Positions 1 through 8,048 of a stretch of DNA of 17,524 nucleotides are shown here, piece by piece. Made by a program: the position numbers and the translations under genes. Source of the DNA: Archangium sp. (lineage in GTDB: Bacteria; Myxococcota; Myxococcia; Myxococcales; Myxococcaceae); the NCBI GenBank assembly GCA_031367385.1, contig JANLPS010000481.1:1-17524 (forward strand), read 5' to 3'. How positions within the stretch are numbered: position 1 is the stretch's first letter; every line of letters begins with the position of its first letter. Below the pieces are notes generated by a model. The model made no database searches and was not told the origin of the DNA. It was given only the letters and a program-made list of their open reading frames with translations.

Positions 1-43
1 GGTGTGCTCGCTCGTCTCGGCTCATGACGTCAACCCTACCGCG

Positions 44-1111
44 TCAGTTGTGGCTGACGTCGATCGTCGCCGACTGGAGCATGATGCAGTCGCCGTTCGG
101 CATCGGCTGGTCCGGCCCGAGCTGCCACTGGTCGAGCCGCACGTTCGAGAGGGTCGCCTTGAAGTTGCCAGGCGTACCGCGGGTGACTTCTTCGAGCGAG
201 ATGGTGCCCGCGCGCGCGAAGTACCCACGGGCACAGCTATCGAGGCTTGGGCAGTCTTCGCGAATCACCACGCACGAGGTGCAGGTGCTGTAGTTGGGCT
301 CGATCGCCAGGTCACGCACCGCGGGTATGACGACGCCCGTCTGGTGACCGGTGAAGGCCCAGTACACATCGAGCTCGAGCGTGTTCGTATAGGGCGGCGA
401 TGCGCTGCCGAACATGTAGGCGATCGCGTGCTCCAGCCCGCCGTCGGGCGACCGCGAGTACACGCCGAACTGACCCGCGACGAAGAACCCGGTCATGACC
501 CGGCACATGCCGTTGCCCGCGTCGGGCATTCCTGCGTCGAACGGGTCTCCCGCATCGGGTTGGCCGGCATCGAACGGGCCTCCCGCATCGAAGGGTGGTT
601 GGCCGGCATCAAACGGCGGCTGCCCCGCATCATACGGCGGTTGACCCGCATCGAACGGCGGCTGCCCCGCATCGTACGGTACTTGCCCCGCGTCAAACGG
701 CGGCTGCCCCGCATCGAACGGCGGCTGCCCGGCGTCGTACGCCACCTGCCCCGCATCGAAAGGTTCTTGCCCGGCATCACCCGGGTTGCGCCCCGCATCG
801 ACCGAGACCATGCCGCTGTCGGCGGTGACGACTGGCCCGCCTGCGTCGACCGTGGTCATGCCCGCATCGCCACTGACCACAACCCGAGCCACGCAGGCGC
901 CACCCGAGCACATCTTCGACGCCTCGCAGCTGAAGCACGCATTGCCACTTGCGCCGCACACCGCGTTGCTGCCGGCGGAGAGGCATTGGCCTGAGCTGTC
1001 GCAGCACCCATGCGAGCAATTGTCTGCGTTGCACTGACTCGACTGGCCGCACCCCGAGGCGAAAATCAGCCCGAGGACGAGAAGGCTCTTCAGATGCCAC
1101 GTACGAACCAT
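44..1111 (-). CDS. Cys-rich lipoprotein with (F/Y)DAGQPP tandem-repeat stalk, function unknown
   Basis: Start placed at ATG 1111 (MVRTWHLKSLLVLGLIFASGC: basic N-terminus, hydrophobic stretch, lipobox-like ASGC). A Cys-rich segment (CNADNCSHGCC...CGASGNACFSC), a DAG repeat linker and a Cys-containing C-terminal domain follow. The upstream 42 codons of the ORF-track call look non-coding. Confidence 0.85.
   Translation of the reverse strand: MVRTWHLKSLLVLGLIFASGCGQSSQCNADNCSHGCCDSSGQCLSAGSNAVCGASGNACFSCEASKMCSGGACVARVVVSGDAGMTTVDAGGPVVTADSGMVSVDAGRNPGDAGQEPFDAGQVAYDAGQPPFDAGQPPFDAGQVPYDAGQPPFDAGQPPYDAGQPPFDAGQPPFDAGGPFDAGQPDAGDPFDAGMPDAGNGMCRVMTGFFVAGQFGVYSRSPDGGLEHAIAYMFGSASPPYTNTLELDVYWAFTGHQTGVVIPAVRDLAIEPNYSTCTSCVVIREDCPSLDSCARGYFARAGTISLEEVTRGTPGNFKATLSNVRLDQWQLGPDQPMPNGDCIMLQSATIDVSHN
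585..800 (-). repeat. About ten tandem 21-bp coding repeats encoding (F/Y)DAGQ(P/V/E)P heptapeptides
   Basis: The plus strand repeats variants of ccccgcatcgaacggcggctg; the translation reads FDAGQVAYDAGQPPFDAGQPPFDAGQVPYDAGQPP. Boundaries are approximate. Confidence 0.9.
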
Positions 1112-1516
1112 GCGCTCAAGATAGCGGACCCTTCGCGTTCCACCGCGAAAACTCTCGATCTCGGGAGACTCGTCGCCAGACGTGCTCGTTACAGCGGCCG
1201 CGAAATGAGAACGTATTCGCCACATCGCCGCCGACACGAACGCCCCGCTTCGCGAGCGGCCCTCAAGAACGTTCGCTCCCTACGCGCCGGGCCGCCGCGC
1301 GCGTTTGTCACACCTCAGCTCGGCACTCCCTCCGCAGCGACACCGACGCTGCTCAGCCCGAGAAGAGCGCCTTGCCATATCGAGCACTCTGACGATGCGC
1401 GCACTCAGCCACTTCGGCGAATCGCACCGTCTCGAGGGTCCCAGAATTCTGCCTCGCCGACGAAGAATCCCTCCGGGCGTGCCGCGTGGGTTGAGCTGAG
1501 GTACTGTGACGCCGCC

Positions 1517-1744
1517 ATGCATGCTCAACTGATTGAAGTCGCAACCGGCGTGGTGCACACGCCCGACGGTGAAGCGCACGAGGTGTTTGGTGGCGCGTAT
1601 CTGTCGCCCGAAGTGTACCTGGCCACCAACGCCGAGCTCACCTCACTTCGTGAACGCGAAATCGCGTCGACCATGCCCCTCATTCTCGGAGCCGCCGTGG
1701 TCGGCCTCACCCTCGGGTTCTTGCTCGGCCGCCGCGACGATTAA
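1517..1744 (+). CDS. Small 75-aa hypothetical protein with C-terminal membrane anchor
   Basis: ATG 1517 is in the frame of the 1010..1744 ORF. MHAQLIEVATG...MPLILGAAVVGLTLGFLLGRRDD ends in a hydrophobic helix followed by RR. GC-rich third codon positions. TACTGT lies 9 nt before the ATG. Confidence 0.75.
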   Translation: MHAQLIEVATGVVHTPDGEAHEVFGGAYLSPEVYLATNAELTSLREREIASTMPLILGAAVVGLTLGFLLGRRDD

Positions 1745-1924
1745 CGCGACCTCATGCACCAGATGATGTGTACGACGAAGACGGCAGGCCCAGCCTTCGC
1801 CGCAACCGTGGTGCTGGTGATCACCACCGTTCGGCAGCTCGCGCAGTCGCTCGACGGCGCTCCGACCAAGAATGACGTGCTCACCACCGAGCCGTCTTTC
1901 TCAGTGCGGTTTCTGTAGCCCTCT

Positions 1925-4240
1925 TTAGAGCTTGATCGCCATCACCGAGCCCGCACTCACCGAGAACGCCGGCCAGTTTTCGTAGACCACCATCGCGCTG
2001 CCATCGCTCTCGAGCACCGCGCGCGAGTGGCCCTGCTTCTGATCGACCTTCGAATCGACCAGCGCCCGCGCCGACCACTGATTGCTCGTCGGGTTGTACC
2101 GGCGAGAGTACAGCTGGTCGTGAAAGGTACCCGCCGGCATGCTGTTCTTGGCGATCGGGTACGCGATCAGCCCAACGCCATTCGACAGCGCGAGCGAGAG
2201 CTCGACCGCCGGGCCCGAAGAAGCGGGTTGCCACACCAACTCATACGCGCCTGTCGCAAACGGCGTGACGCCGACGAACGGCTTGAAGCTGCCGCCAGCA
2301 GGCGCATACGACGAGACGATCAGCCCCGCGTGCCCGCTGCCAAGGTTGATGTTGGCGAGCCAGGCCACCAACGCATTGCCCGAAGCGTCGATCGCCAACC
2401 GAATATCGGCGACGCTCTGGTACTTCCACCCGGTGCCGAAGGAGTCGTCAATCAGAGTGTCGATGTCGGTCAGGCCGCCGATCTGCACGGGCGCTTGCCA
2501 CGCCGCGCCGTCGTGGCGAATCGAGTAGACCGCGTTGTCGGTGGTGCCTCCGCTGTTGCCGATCACCAAGATCGCGCTCCCATCGGCGGCCGCCTTCAGG
2601 TCGTAGCGCGGGCCGTCAGACGTGGGCACGTAGAGCGAAGTCGTCGGCACGTCCCAACTGGTGCCGTTCCACACGCCGCTGCGCAGCCCCTTCGAGGTGG
2701 TCGCATCGGTCCACACCAGAAAGACGCGCCCCGTCGGTGACGCGGCCAGCTTGAGCTCCGAGTAACCGCCCGTGGTCGTCGTCGCCGGAGCCACCGTGGC
2801 CACCACTGACCAGGAACCCGTCGCGCTGCTGTACGTCGAGAAGACCAGCTGATCCAAACCGCTGTTGGTGAACCGCTTCCACACCGCCATCGCGCGGGTC
2901 ACCCCAGCCGACTCAGTCCACGCCACGACGTGCGGGTCACGCGCGGAGTTGCTGTAATTGTCGGGCTCGCTGCCGAGGCGCACCGGCCCAGACCACGCAC
3001 CGCCGCGGTAGACATTGGCGAAGACATGCCCGGCATTCGCGTTCACGGGTGCCGGCACCGCAGTGGCGGCTTGCATGAACACCGCGACGGCATCGCCCTC
3101 CGGCGTCATGTCGACGTCGAATTGGTGCTGACGTTCAGGGTTGCCCTCGCCCAACGACACCGGGCTGACCTTCTTGCCGGCCGATGCATCGAGGTCGACG
3201 AATGCGCTCCAGGCGCTGCCGTTGTAGATGGCCGCGATGATGCTGTCGTCGCGGTCGACCGCCTTCATTTTCTGATCGAACACCGCCACGTACTTGCCAG
3301 TGTGCGAACCCGCCATGCGCACCGCGATTCGGTTGTCGCTGTAGGCATCGCAGAAGTAGCACCCGGTGACGCCTTGCAACGGCCCGATGCGAACGCCATT
3401 CGACAACGTGCCCGACGGCTCTGGGGTGACGGTGAAGCTCGCCGTCACGGTGCCGGTGTCTTTGAGCGGCGAGCTCGCACCGATCAGCGTGCCCGTGTAC
3501 GTGCCCACGAAGGGAAACGACACGTACCACCCCGGGCTGTTGCCGCTCGAGATGGTGTTGGTCGAGAGGCTGCCGGTGTGAACGAGCCAGGTCGCGGCGC
3601 CTGCGCTTGCCAGCAGCTCCGCCGAGCCGCCCTGCCCCACCGTGAACGTGCCCCCAGCGGGCATCGACAGCACCGGCGTCAAGCCGCCCACCGACATGGT
3701 CGAGACGAACACTTGAATGTGCTGCGACCACTCGTCTCCGTTCGCGTCAACCGCGTGCAACGTGACATCGCTTGCCCACCCGGTGCCGCTGGTGAAAGTG
3801 ACTGAGATGGGGCCAGCCCCGGTCGCGGTCGTCGGCGTCGCGGGAGCCAAGACGTACCCAAAAGCCCAGTCATACGTGTACGGCGCGACTCCGCCGACCG
3901 GCACCGCGGTGAAGGTCAGCGCCCCCCCGCTGACGACCGAGAGCGCGCTTGGCTCGATGTACGCGTGAAACGACGAGCCGCTGCTGCTGCCCCCGTCTGT
4001 GGGGGGCATGACCGTGCCCGAGTCAGTCACTGCCGTACCGGAGTCTCGCCCCACCCCCGAGCCCGCATCTGCTGCCGGCCCTGCGTCGGCGACCCCGCCC
4101 GCATCACCGGTCAGAATCACCCCCGCGTCTTGCGCAACCACCGTGCCCGAATCAATCGGCGGAGTCGTCGTCCCACCTCCGCAGGCAGCAAGCGCGAGAG
4201 GGAGCCACAGCAGCCTCGAGACCGTCAGATCATGGTTCAC
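1925..4240 (-). CDS. Secreted lipoprotein: DAG/DSG linker, PKD/Ig-like domain(s), C-terminal Trp-rich repeat (probable beta-propeller) domain
   Basis: Likely start GTG 4240 (MNHDLTVSRLLWLPLALAAC, lipobox LAAC). PKD-like FTAVPVGGVAPYTYDWAFG. Seven segments of the type Y/W-x-G-x-x-W-S (e.g. YNGSAWS, YRGGAWS, WNGTSWD, HDGAAWQ). Confidence 0.85.
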   Translation of the reverse strand: MNHDLTVSRLLWLPLALAACGGGTTTPPIDSGTVVAQDAGVILTGDAGGVADAGPAADAGSGVGRDSGTAVTDSGTVMPPTDGGSSSGSSFHAYIEPSALSVVSGGALTFTAVPVGGVAPYTYDWAFGYVLAPATPTTATGAGPISVTFTSGTGWASDVTLHAVDANGDEWSQHIQVFVSTMSVGGLTPVLSMPAGGTFTVGQGGSAELLASAGAATWLVHTGSLSTNTISSGNSPGWYVSFPFVGTYTGTLIGASSPLKDTGTVTASFTVTPEPSGTLSNGVRIGPLQGVTGCYFCDAYSDNRIAVRMAGSHTGKYVAVFDQKMKAVDRDDSIIAAIYNGSAWSAFVDLDASAGKKVSPVSLGEGNPERQHQFDVDMTPEGDAVAVFMQAATAVPAPVNANAGHVFANVYRGGAWSGPVRLGSEPDNYSNSARDPHVVAWTESAGVTRAMAVWKRFTNSGLDQLVFSTYSSATGSWSVVATVAPATTTTGGYSELKLAASPTGRVFLVWTDATTSKGLRSGVWNGTSWDVPTTSLYVPTSDGPRYDLKAAADGSAILVIGNSGGTTDNAVYSIRHDGAAWQAPVQIGGLTDIDTLIDDSFGTGWKYQSVADIRLAIDASGNALVAWLANINLGSGHAGLIVSSYAPAGGSFKPFVGVTPFATGAYELVWQPASSGPAVELSLALSNGVGLIAYPIAKNSMPAGTFHDQLYSRRYNPTSNQWSARALVDSKVDQKQGHSRAVLESDGSAMVVYENWPAFSVSAGSVMAIKL

Positions 4241-4314
4241 GGGGCAAGATGCTACGGGTTTCGACTCTGCATTCAACGACAACCGCGTGTGGTCAACAGA
4301 CTTACCGAACAGCG

Positions 4315-4343
4315 CGCCAGCTCGAAACGTGAACGAGCTGGCG
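4315..4343. terminator. GC-rich hairpin (terminator or mRNA-stabilising stem-loop)
   Basis: Perfect 10-bp stem CGCCAGCTCG / CGAGCTGGCG with a 9-nt loop, 17 nt downstream of the stop of the 41-aa peptide gene. The short T-run is on the plus-strand side, so directionality is ambiguous. Confidence 0.65.
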
Positions 4344-4360
4344 GCGCTTTTCTCAAAAAA

Positions 4361-4486
4361 TTACCGCTGCTTCGCCGCCGCGTTGAACGGGTCAACGCCG
4401 CCAACGACGCCGAGCACCTTCTTCAGATCGCTCGCCGTCAACTTCTCGCTCTTGACCACTTTCAGCTGCTTCTTTGCCTTCTTCAT
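4361..4486 (-). CDS. 41-aa peptide with double-glycine-like leader (candidate RiPP or signalling-peptide precursor)
   Basis: Manual translation MKKAKKQLKVVKSEKLTASDLKKVLGVVGG-VDPFNAAAKQR*. SD AAAGAGG 6 nt upstream of the ATG, an in-frame stop just upstream (4499-4501) fixing the start, GC-rich third positions and a hairpin downstream. Too short for the ORF track. Confidence 0.75.
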   Translation of the reverse strand: MKKAKKQLKVVKSEKLTASDLKKVLGVVGGVDPFNAAAKQR

Positions 4487-4618
4487 TGCGTGCCTCTTTC
4501 AAGTACTGCGTGTGAAGGCCCGCTGACGTAGTCGCGCGAGAAACGCTGAGCAAATCGACCCCAACTTCCGGCAAACTGATTCGTCAACTCGCTTCACAAC
4601 GAGGCCAGCGACACGCGA

Positions 4619-4651
4619 TTTCGTCGTGACGTCACTGCGTGCGCGACGAAA
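4619..4651. promoter_or_regulatory. Nested palindromes in a divergent intergenic region (possible regulator site)
   Basis: TTTCGTCG...CGACGAAA inverted repeat enclosing the perfect 10-bp palindrome GTGACGTCAC (4626-4635), between the peptide gene and the HExxH gene. Confidence 0.35.
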
Positions 4652-4719
4652 AATGAACGCGAGCACCGCCTCGGGCCCTTCACCAGTTTGACCCGCGGTA
4701 CCCAGAAGGTGGCGTTCGA

Positions 4720-5658
4720 ATGTTGAGCCTGCGACGAGCCCTCGAGCTCCACGATCAGACGGTCGGAGCAACGACCCTCCCCCAATGCTTCGGCGACGGG
4801 TACTTGATGCAGCGAAACCCGGTGTACCGCCGCATTCGCGACGGCGCGATCGCACAGGGGTATCGCTTCGCCTCCAGCCGCTTCGCGAGCTACGACGCGT
4901 TTCCGCTCTCGGCGCTCCCCGCGATTCACCAGCACCGAAAGATACCCTTCATCGACAACGTCACCGTGCTGCGGCAGATCGCGCGCGCCAATGACCAGAT
5001 CGAATTGGTACCCGACTTCTTGCTGCTCAAGCGAAACTTCGTCTTTCACGAATCGGCGCACGCCTGCGCCCACCAACGCCTCAAAGCCGTCACCTGGAGC
5101 ACCCCCACCGACAGCACGCTGAGGCGCGAGCGAGGCGAGGCGTTGCGCTGCCTGGTCGAAGAGTCATTCGCAAACACCTGCGACCTCTTCGCCGCGGCGA
5201 ACGGCTCGACCCAAGCCGACACTTTGTTCATCGAGGTCAACAGCTACGCCAGCGTGCAGAAGATCTTCGACCATCAACCACGTCGGCTCGCGCCTTCGCT
5301 CTCAGTCACGCTCTTCGGCACGCTGTTTCTCTCGTTTCTGCACGCGAACTACTTGTTTCGCACGCTCGAAGAGCCAGAATTTCTGCGCGCGCACGCTTTC
5401 GTGAAATCGCTGTTCAACTCGAGCACGAATTCGGCAGACACCCGCACGCTCAGAGCTGTCTTTCAAAGAGGCCTGAACCTCAACCCCGCCGCCCGCGTCA
5501 TCGCAGGTGACTTCTACTTCAAGGCCGTCGGCTTCAGGTACCGCCTCGAGCGCCTCACCGATTTCGATTTCATGCGTGAGCTCGAGCGCAACGCCTCACT
5601 GCAACAGGCACTGATCGACCTGACTGCATTCGCCACCGGCATCACGGCGCGCGCTTAG
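4720..5658 (+). CDS. Uncharacterised cytoplasmic HExxH-motif metalloprotein (zincin/gluzincin-like)
   Basis: 312-aa ORF with NFVFHESAH (H110-H114) and downstream EESFAN (E147/E148) as a possible third metal ligand. No signal peptide. The stop overlaps the stop of the convergent AKR gene. Confidence 0.75.
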   Translation: MLSLRRALELHDQTVGATTLPQCFGDGYLMQRNPVYRRIRDGAIAQGYRFASSRFASYDAFPLSALPAIHQHRKIPFIDNVTVLRQIARANDQIELVPDFLLLKRNFVFHESAHACAHQRLKAVTWSTPTDSTLRRERGEALRCLVEESFANTCDLFAAANGSTQADTLFIEVNSYASVQKIFDHQPRRLAPSLSVTLFGTLFLSFLHANYLFRTLEEPEFLRAHAFVKSLFNSSTNSADTRTLRAVFQRGLNLNPAARVIAGDFYFKAVGFRYRLERLTDFDFMRELERNASLQQALIDLTAFATGITARA

Positions 5659-6470
5659 GGCGACCCCACGGCCGCCTTTTCAATCGCAGTCAGCTCACCA
5701 CCCGTGAGCTCGAACGCTTGCGCCGCCAGGTCGTCGCGCATGTGCTTCGCGTTGGTGGTGCCGGTCAGCGGCAACATGCCCAGCTGCTGCGCGAACCGAA
5801 AGATGACCTGTTGCGCGGTGCCCCCGACCCGCCGGGCCACCGCGCCCACCACCGGCCCACCCACGACCTCTGGGTTCGCCGTGAGCAATGAAAATGCTTG
5901 GTAGCGAATCGCGCGCCGCTGGCACACCGCCCTGACGGCATGGTCCCACCCGCGGGAGGCGTAGCAGCGGTTCTGCACGAAGACCGGAGGCACCTGTGCG
6001 CGCGCCAGCAAGGCCTCGAGCTGCGTGACGCTCACGTTGCTGATGCCCAGAGACGTCACTCGACCCGACGAAGCGAGCGCCTCCATCGCCGACCAGGCCT
6101 CGAGATCTGCCGCGTTGAGGCCCTCTCGACTCGAAGGCCCGTGCAGCACGTAACTGTCGAGGTGGGTCGTCTTCAGATGCACGAGCGAGCGTTCGAATGA
6201 CTGCTTCACCTGCGTCGCGATCGGGCTCTTCGGGTCATACGGCAGGCGATGATCTTGCCCGCCGACGAAGGTGAACTTGGTCTGCAAGAAGAGCGCATCG
6301 CGAGGCACTCCGCTGGCGGCGATGCCCTCGCCCACCGCGGCCTCGTGGTAGTGCTTGCGCTGATTCGCGGTGTCGATCGCCCGAAAACCACTGCGCAGCG
6401 CCAGCTCCACCAGCCGCGCGGTCTCGTCTTCTTTCCACGCCGTCCCGTAGAGCAGTGCTGGCTGGTTCAT
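5655..6470 (-). CDS. Aldo/keto reductase
   Basis: Motifs LYGTAWK, GFRAIDTAN, HYHE, LFLQTKF, YVLH and LGISNV; the catalytic D/Y/K/H tetrad is present. Start placed at ATG 6470 (MNQPALLYG). Confidence 0.93.
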   Translation of the reverse strand: MNQPALLYGTAWKEDETARLVELALRSGFRAIDTANQRKHYHEAAVGEGIAASGVPRDALFLQTKFTFVGGQDHRLPYDPKSPIATQVKQSFERSLVHLKTTHLDSYVLHGPSSREGLNAADLEAWSAMEALASSGRVTSLGISNVSVTQLEALLARAQVPPVFVQNRCYASRGWDHAVRAVCQRRAIRYQAFSLLTANPEVVGGPVVGAVARRVGGTAQQVIFRFAQQLGMLPLTGTTNAKHMRDDLAAQAFELTGGELTAIEKAAVGSP

Positions 6471-6530
6471 TCGCCAGAGGTAGCACTTCGGGGCGGCCGC
6501 CCGAACGGCCAAGTGCGTGTCGACCAGCCA

Positions 6531-6560
6531 TTGACCATCTATATGGATGGTCTGTATACC
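6531..6560 (+). promoter_or_regulatory. Sigma70-type promoter with overlapping palindromic operator
   Basis: TTGACC (6531-6536), 18-nt spacer, TATACC (6555-6560). The inverted repeat GACCATC-TATATG-GATGGTC (6533-6552) fills the spacer directly upstream of the CopG-family gene. Confidence 0.75.
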
Positions 6561-6568
6561 CCCTGGAG

Positions 6569-6991
6569 ATGGTTACCGACCTGACCGAGGCCCGAAGCTC
6601 GAAAGCGCCCGACACCGAGAAGCTCACGATCAACCTCGGGGTCGTCGACCTGGGGCAGATCGATTTGCTGGTGCAAGAGGGCTTCTATTCGAACCGCACC
6701 GACCTGATTCGAACGGCGATTCGCAATCACCTGGCCACCCACGCTGAGGTCGTGCGCCAGACGGTGGCGCGAAAGACGTTGGTGTTGGGGCTCCAAGACT
6801 ACAGCCGCGCTGATCTCCAAGCCGTGCGGGCCCGCGGGCAGCGGCTCAAGATTCAAGTGCTGGGGTTGGTTCGAATCGCAGACGACGTGCCGGCTGATCT
6901 CGCGGCCGCGACGATCGAATCGATCACCGTGCTGGGGGCGCTCCAAGCGAGCCCGGCCGTGAAGTTGGCGTTGAAAGATCGCATTCACTGA
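6569..6991 (+). CDS. CopG/ribbon-helix-helix family transcriptional regulator
   Basis: EKLTINLGVVDLGQIDLLVQEGFYSNRTDLIRTAIRNHL is a strand-helix-helix pattern; this family commonly precedes PHB-depolymerase-family esterases. Start at ATG 6569. Confidence 0.9.
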   Translation: MVTDLTEARSSKAPDTEKLTINLGVVDLGQIDLLVQEGFYSNRTDLIRTAIRNHLATHAEVVRQTVARKTLVLGLQDYSRADLQAVRARGQRLKIQVLGLVRIADDVPADLAAATIESITVLGALQASPAVKLALKDRIH

Positions 6992-7012
6992 AGACCCACA
7001 CGAGGCACCGAC

Positions 7013-8035
7013 ATGCACGACTCCATTCACCAGACGATGCGCGAAGCCATGCGCTTGATGCAGAAGGGTCAGCTCCGTGCGGCGACCGAGGCACTTCAAG
7101 CCGGCCTTCACGCAAGGCCGATGACGGTGAGGCCCACGCCGTCGACCCGCGCGCCGATCACCGAGCCCTCATCTGACGCGTTCACCGAGGGCACCTTCCA
7201 AAACCTCGCAGGCACCCGGCGCTACCGCCTCTTCACGCCGAGCGGCACCGAGGGGCGGGCCTTGCCGTTGATCGTCATGCTCCACGGTGGCACCCAGACC
7301 GCAGACGACTTCGCGGTGGGCACGCGCATGAACGAGCTCGCGCAAGAACGTGGCTGCATGGTGCTCTACCCAGAGCAACCACCGACCGCGAATTTCTCGA
7401 GGTGTTGGAACTGGTTCAACCGCGCCGATCAACAACGCGATCGCGGCGAGCCGGCGTTGCTCGCGGGGCTCACCGAATCGATCATCGAGGCGAAGCACAT
7501 CGATCGCCGGCGGGTCTCCGTCGCAGGGCTCTCGGCCGGGGCCGCCATGGCCGTCGTGCTGGGTGAGCTCTACCCCGACCTGTTTTCCGCCGTGGGAGTC
7601 CACTCCGGGCTGCCCTATGCCGCGGCAGACGACATGATGTCGGCCTTCACGGCGATGCGTCAGGGGCGCGCGTCAAGCCGTCGCGGTGGCACCTCGAGCG
7701 CCGTACCCACCATCGTCTTTCACGGAGACCGCGACTCGACCGTGAGCCCCACCAACGGAGAACAGGTGCTCACCGACTGCGCCGCCGCCGCTGGGCTGTC
7801 GTCGAGCGCGGCCACGACTGAGCACGGCACTGCACCTGGGGGCCGTTCGTACACCCGCCGAACCATCCGCGACTCCGCCCGCGAGGTCGTCATCGAGCAT
7901 TGGCTCATTCACGGCGCAGGGCACGCGTGGGCAGGCGGTGACCCTCGGGGCACGTACACCGACCCGCGGGGCCCCGATGCCTCACGAGAAATGCTGCGCT
8001 TCTTCGAGACCCATCGTTCGAACCAGCTGCACTGA
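7013..8035 (+). CDS. PHB depolymerase family esterase (LpqC-like alpha/beta hydrolase)
   Basis: LIVMLHGGTQ, LYPEQ, CWNWF, nucleophile GLSAG, HGDRD and GHAWAGG. GAGG SD upstream. No signal peptide. Confidence 0.92.
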   Translation: MHDSIHQTMREAMRLMQKGQLRAATEALQAGLHARPMTVRPTPSTRAPITEPSSDAFTEGTFQNLAGTRRYRLFTPSGTEGRALPLIVMLHGGTQTADDFAVGTRMNELAQERGCMVLYPEQPPTANFSRCWNWFNRADQQRDRGEPALLAGLTESIIEAKHIDRRRVSVAGLSAGAAMAVVLGELYPDLFSAVGVHSGLPYAAADDMMSAFTAMRQGRASSRRGGTSSAVPTIVFHGDRDSTVSPTNGEQVLTDCAAAAGLSSSAATTEHGTAPGGRSYTRRTIRDSAREVVIEHWLIHGAGHAWAGGDPRGTYTDPRGPDASREMLRFFETHRSNQLH

Positions 8036-8048
8036 AGCGAAACCTTCG

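Noticed and set aside
1..25. Possible minus-strand gene start (ATG 25, MSRDERAH...)
   Set aside because: Only 8 codons are inside the window, which is insufficient evidence.
585..800. CRISPR-like appearance of the short repeats
   Set aside because: The units are directly tandem without unique spacers, are in-frame coding, and no cas genes are present.
2..994. 330-aa plus-strand ORF with RIERRLP repeats
   Set aside because: It is the antisense shadow of the DAG-repeat lipoprotein; the minus frame has the lipobox and coherent domains.
1360..1380. Possible sigma54 promoter (TGGCA on the minus strand)
   Set aside because: There is no GC dinucleotide at the required -12 spacing.
1010..1516. N-terminal extension of the 244-aa ORF
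   Set aside because: Arg/Ser/Pro-rich non-coding-like sequence that overlaps the opposite-strand gene start; only the last 75 codons look coding.
1754..1918. 54-aa plus-strand ORF MHQMMCTTKTAGPAFAATVVLVITTVRQ...
   Set aside because: No SD, no -10-like hexamer at leaderless spacing and no motif; it cannot be supported, though it is not excluded.
4361..4396. Similarity of the peptide core VDPFNAA to GDPFDAG in the 44-1111 lipoprotein
   Set aside because: A match of three to four residues is compatible with chance.
3965..4531. Plus-strand ORFs 3965..4531 and 3999..4526
   Set aside because: They are antisense to the lipoprotein start and the peptide gene; the minus-strand readings have the SD, lipobox and better codon pattern.
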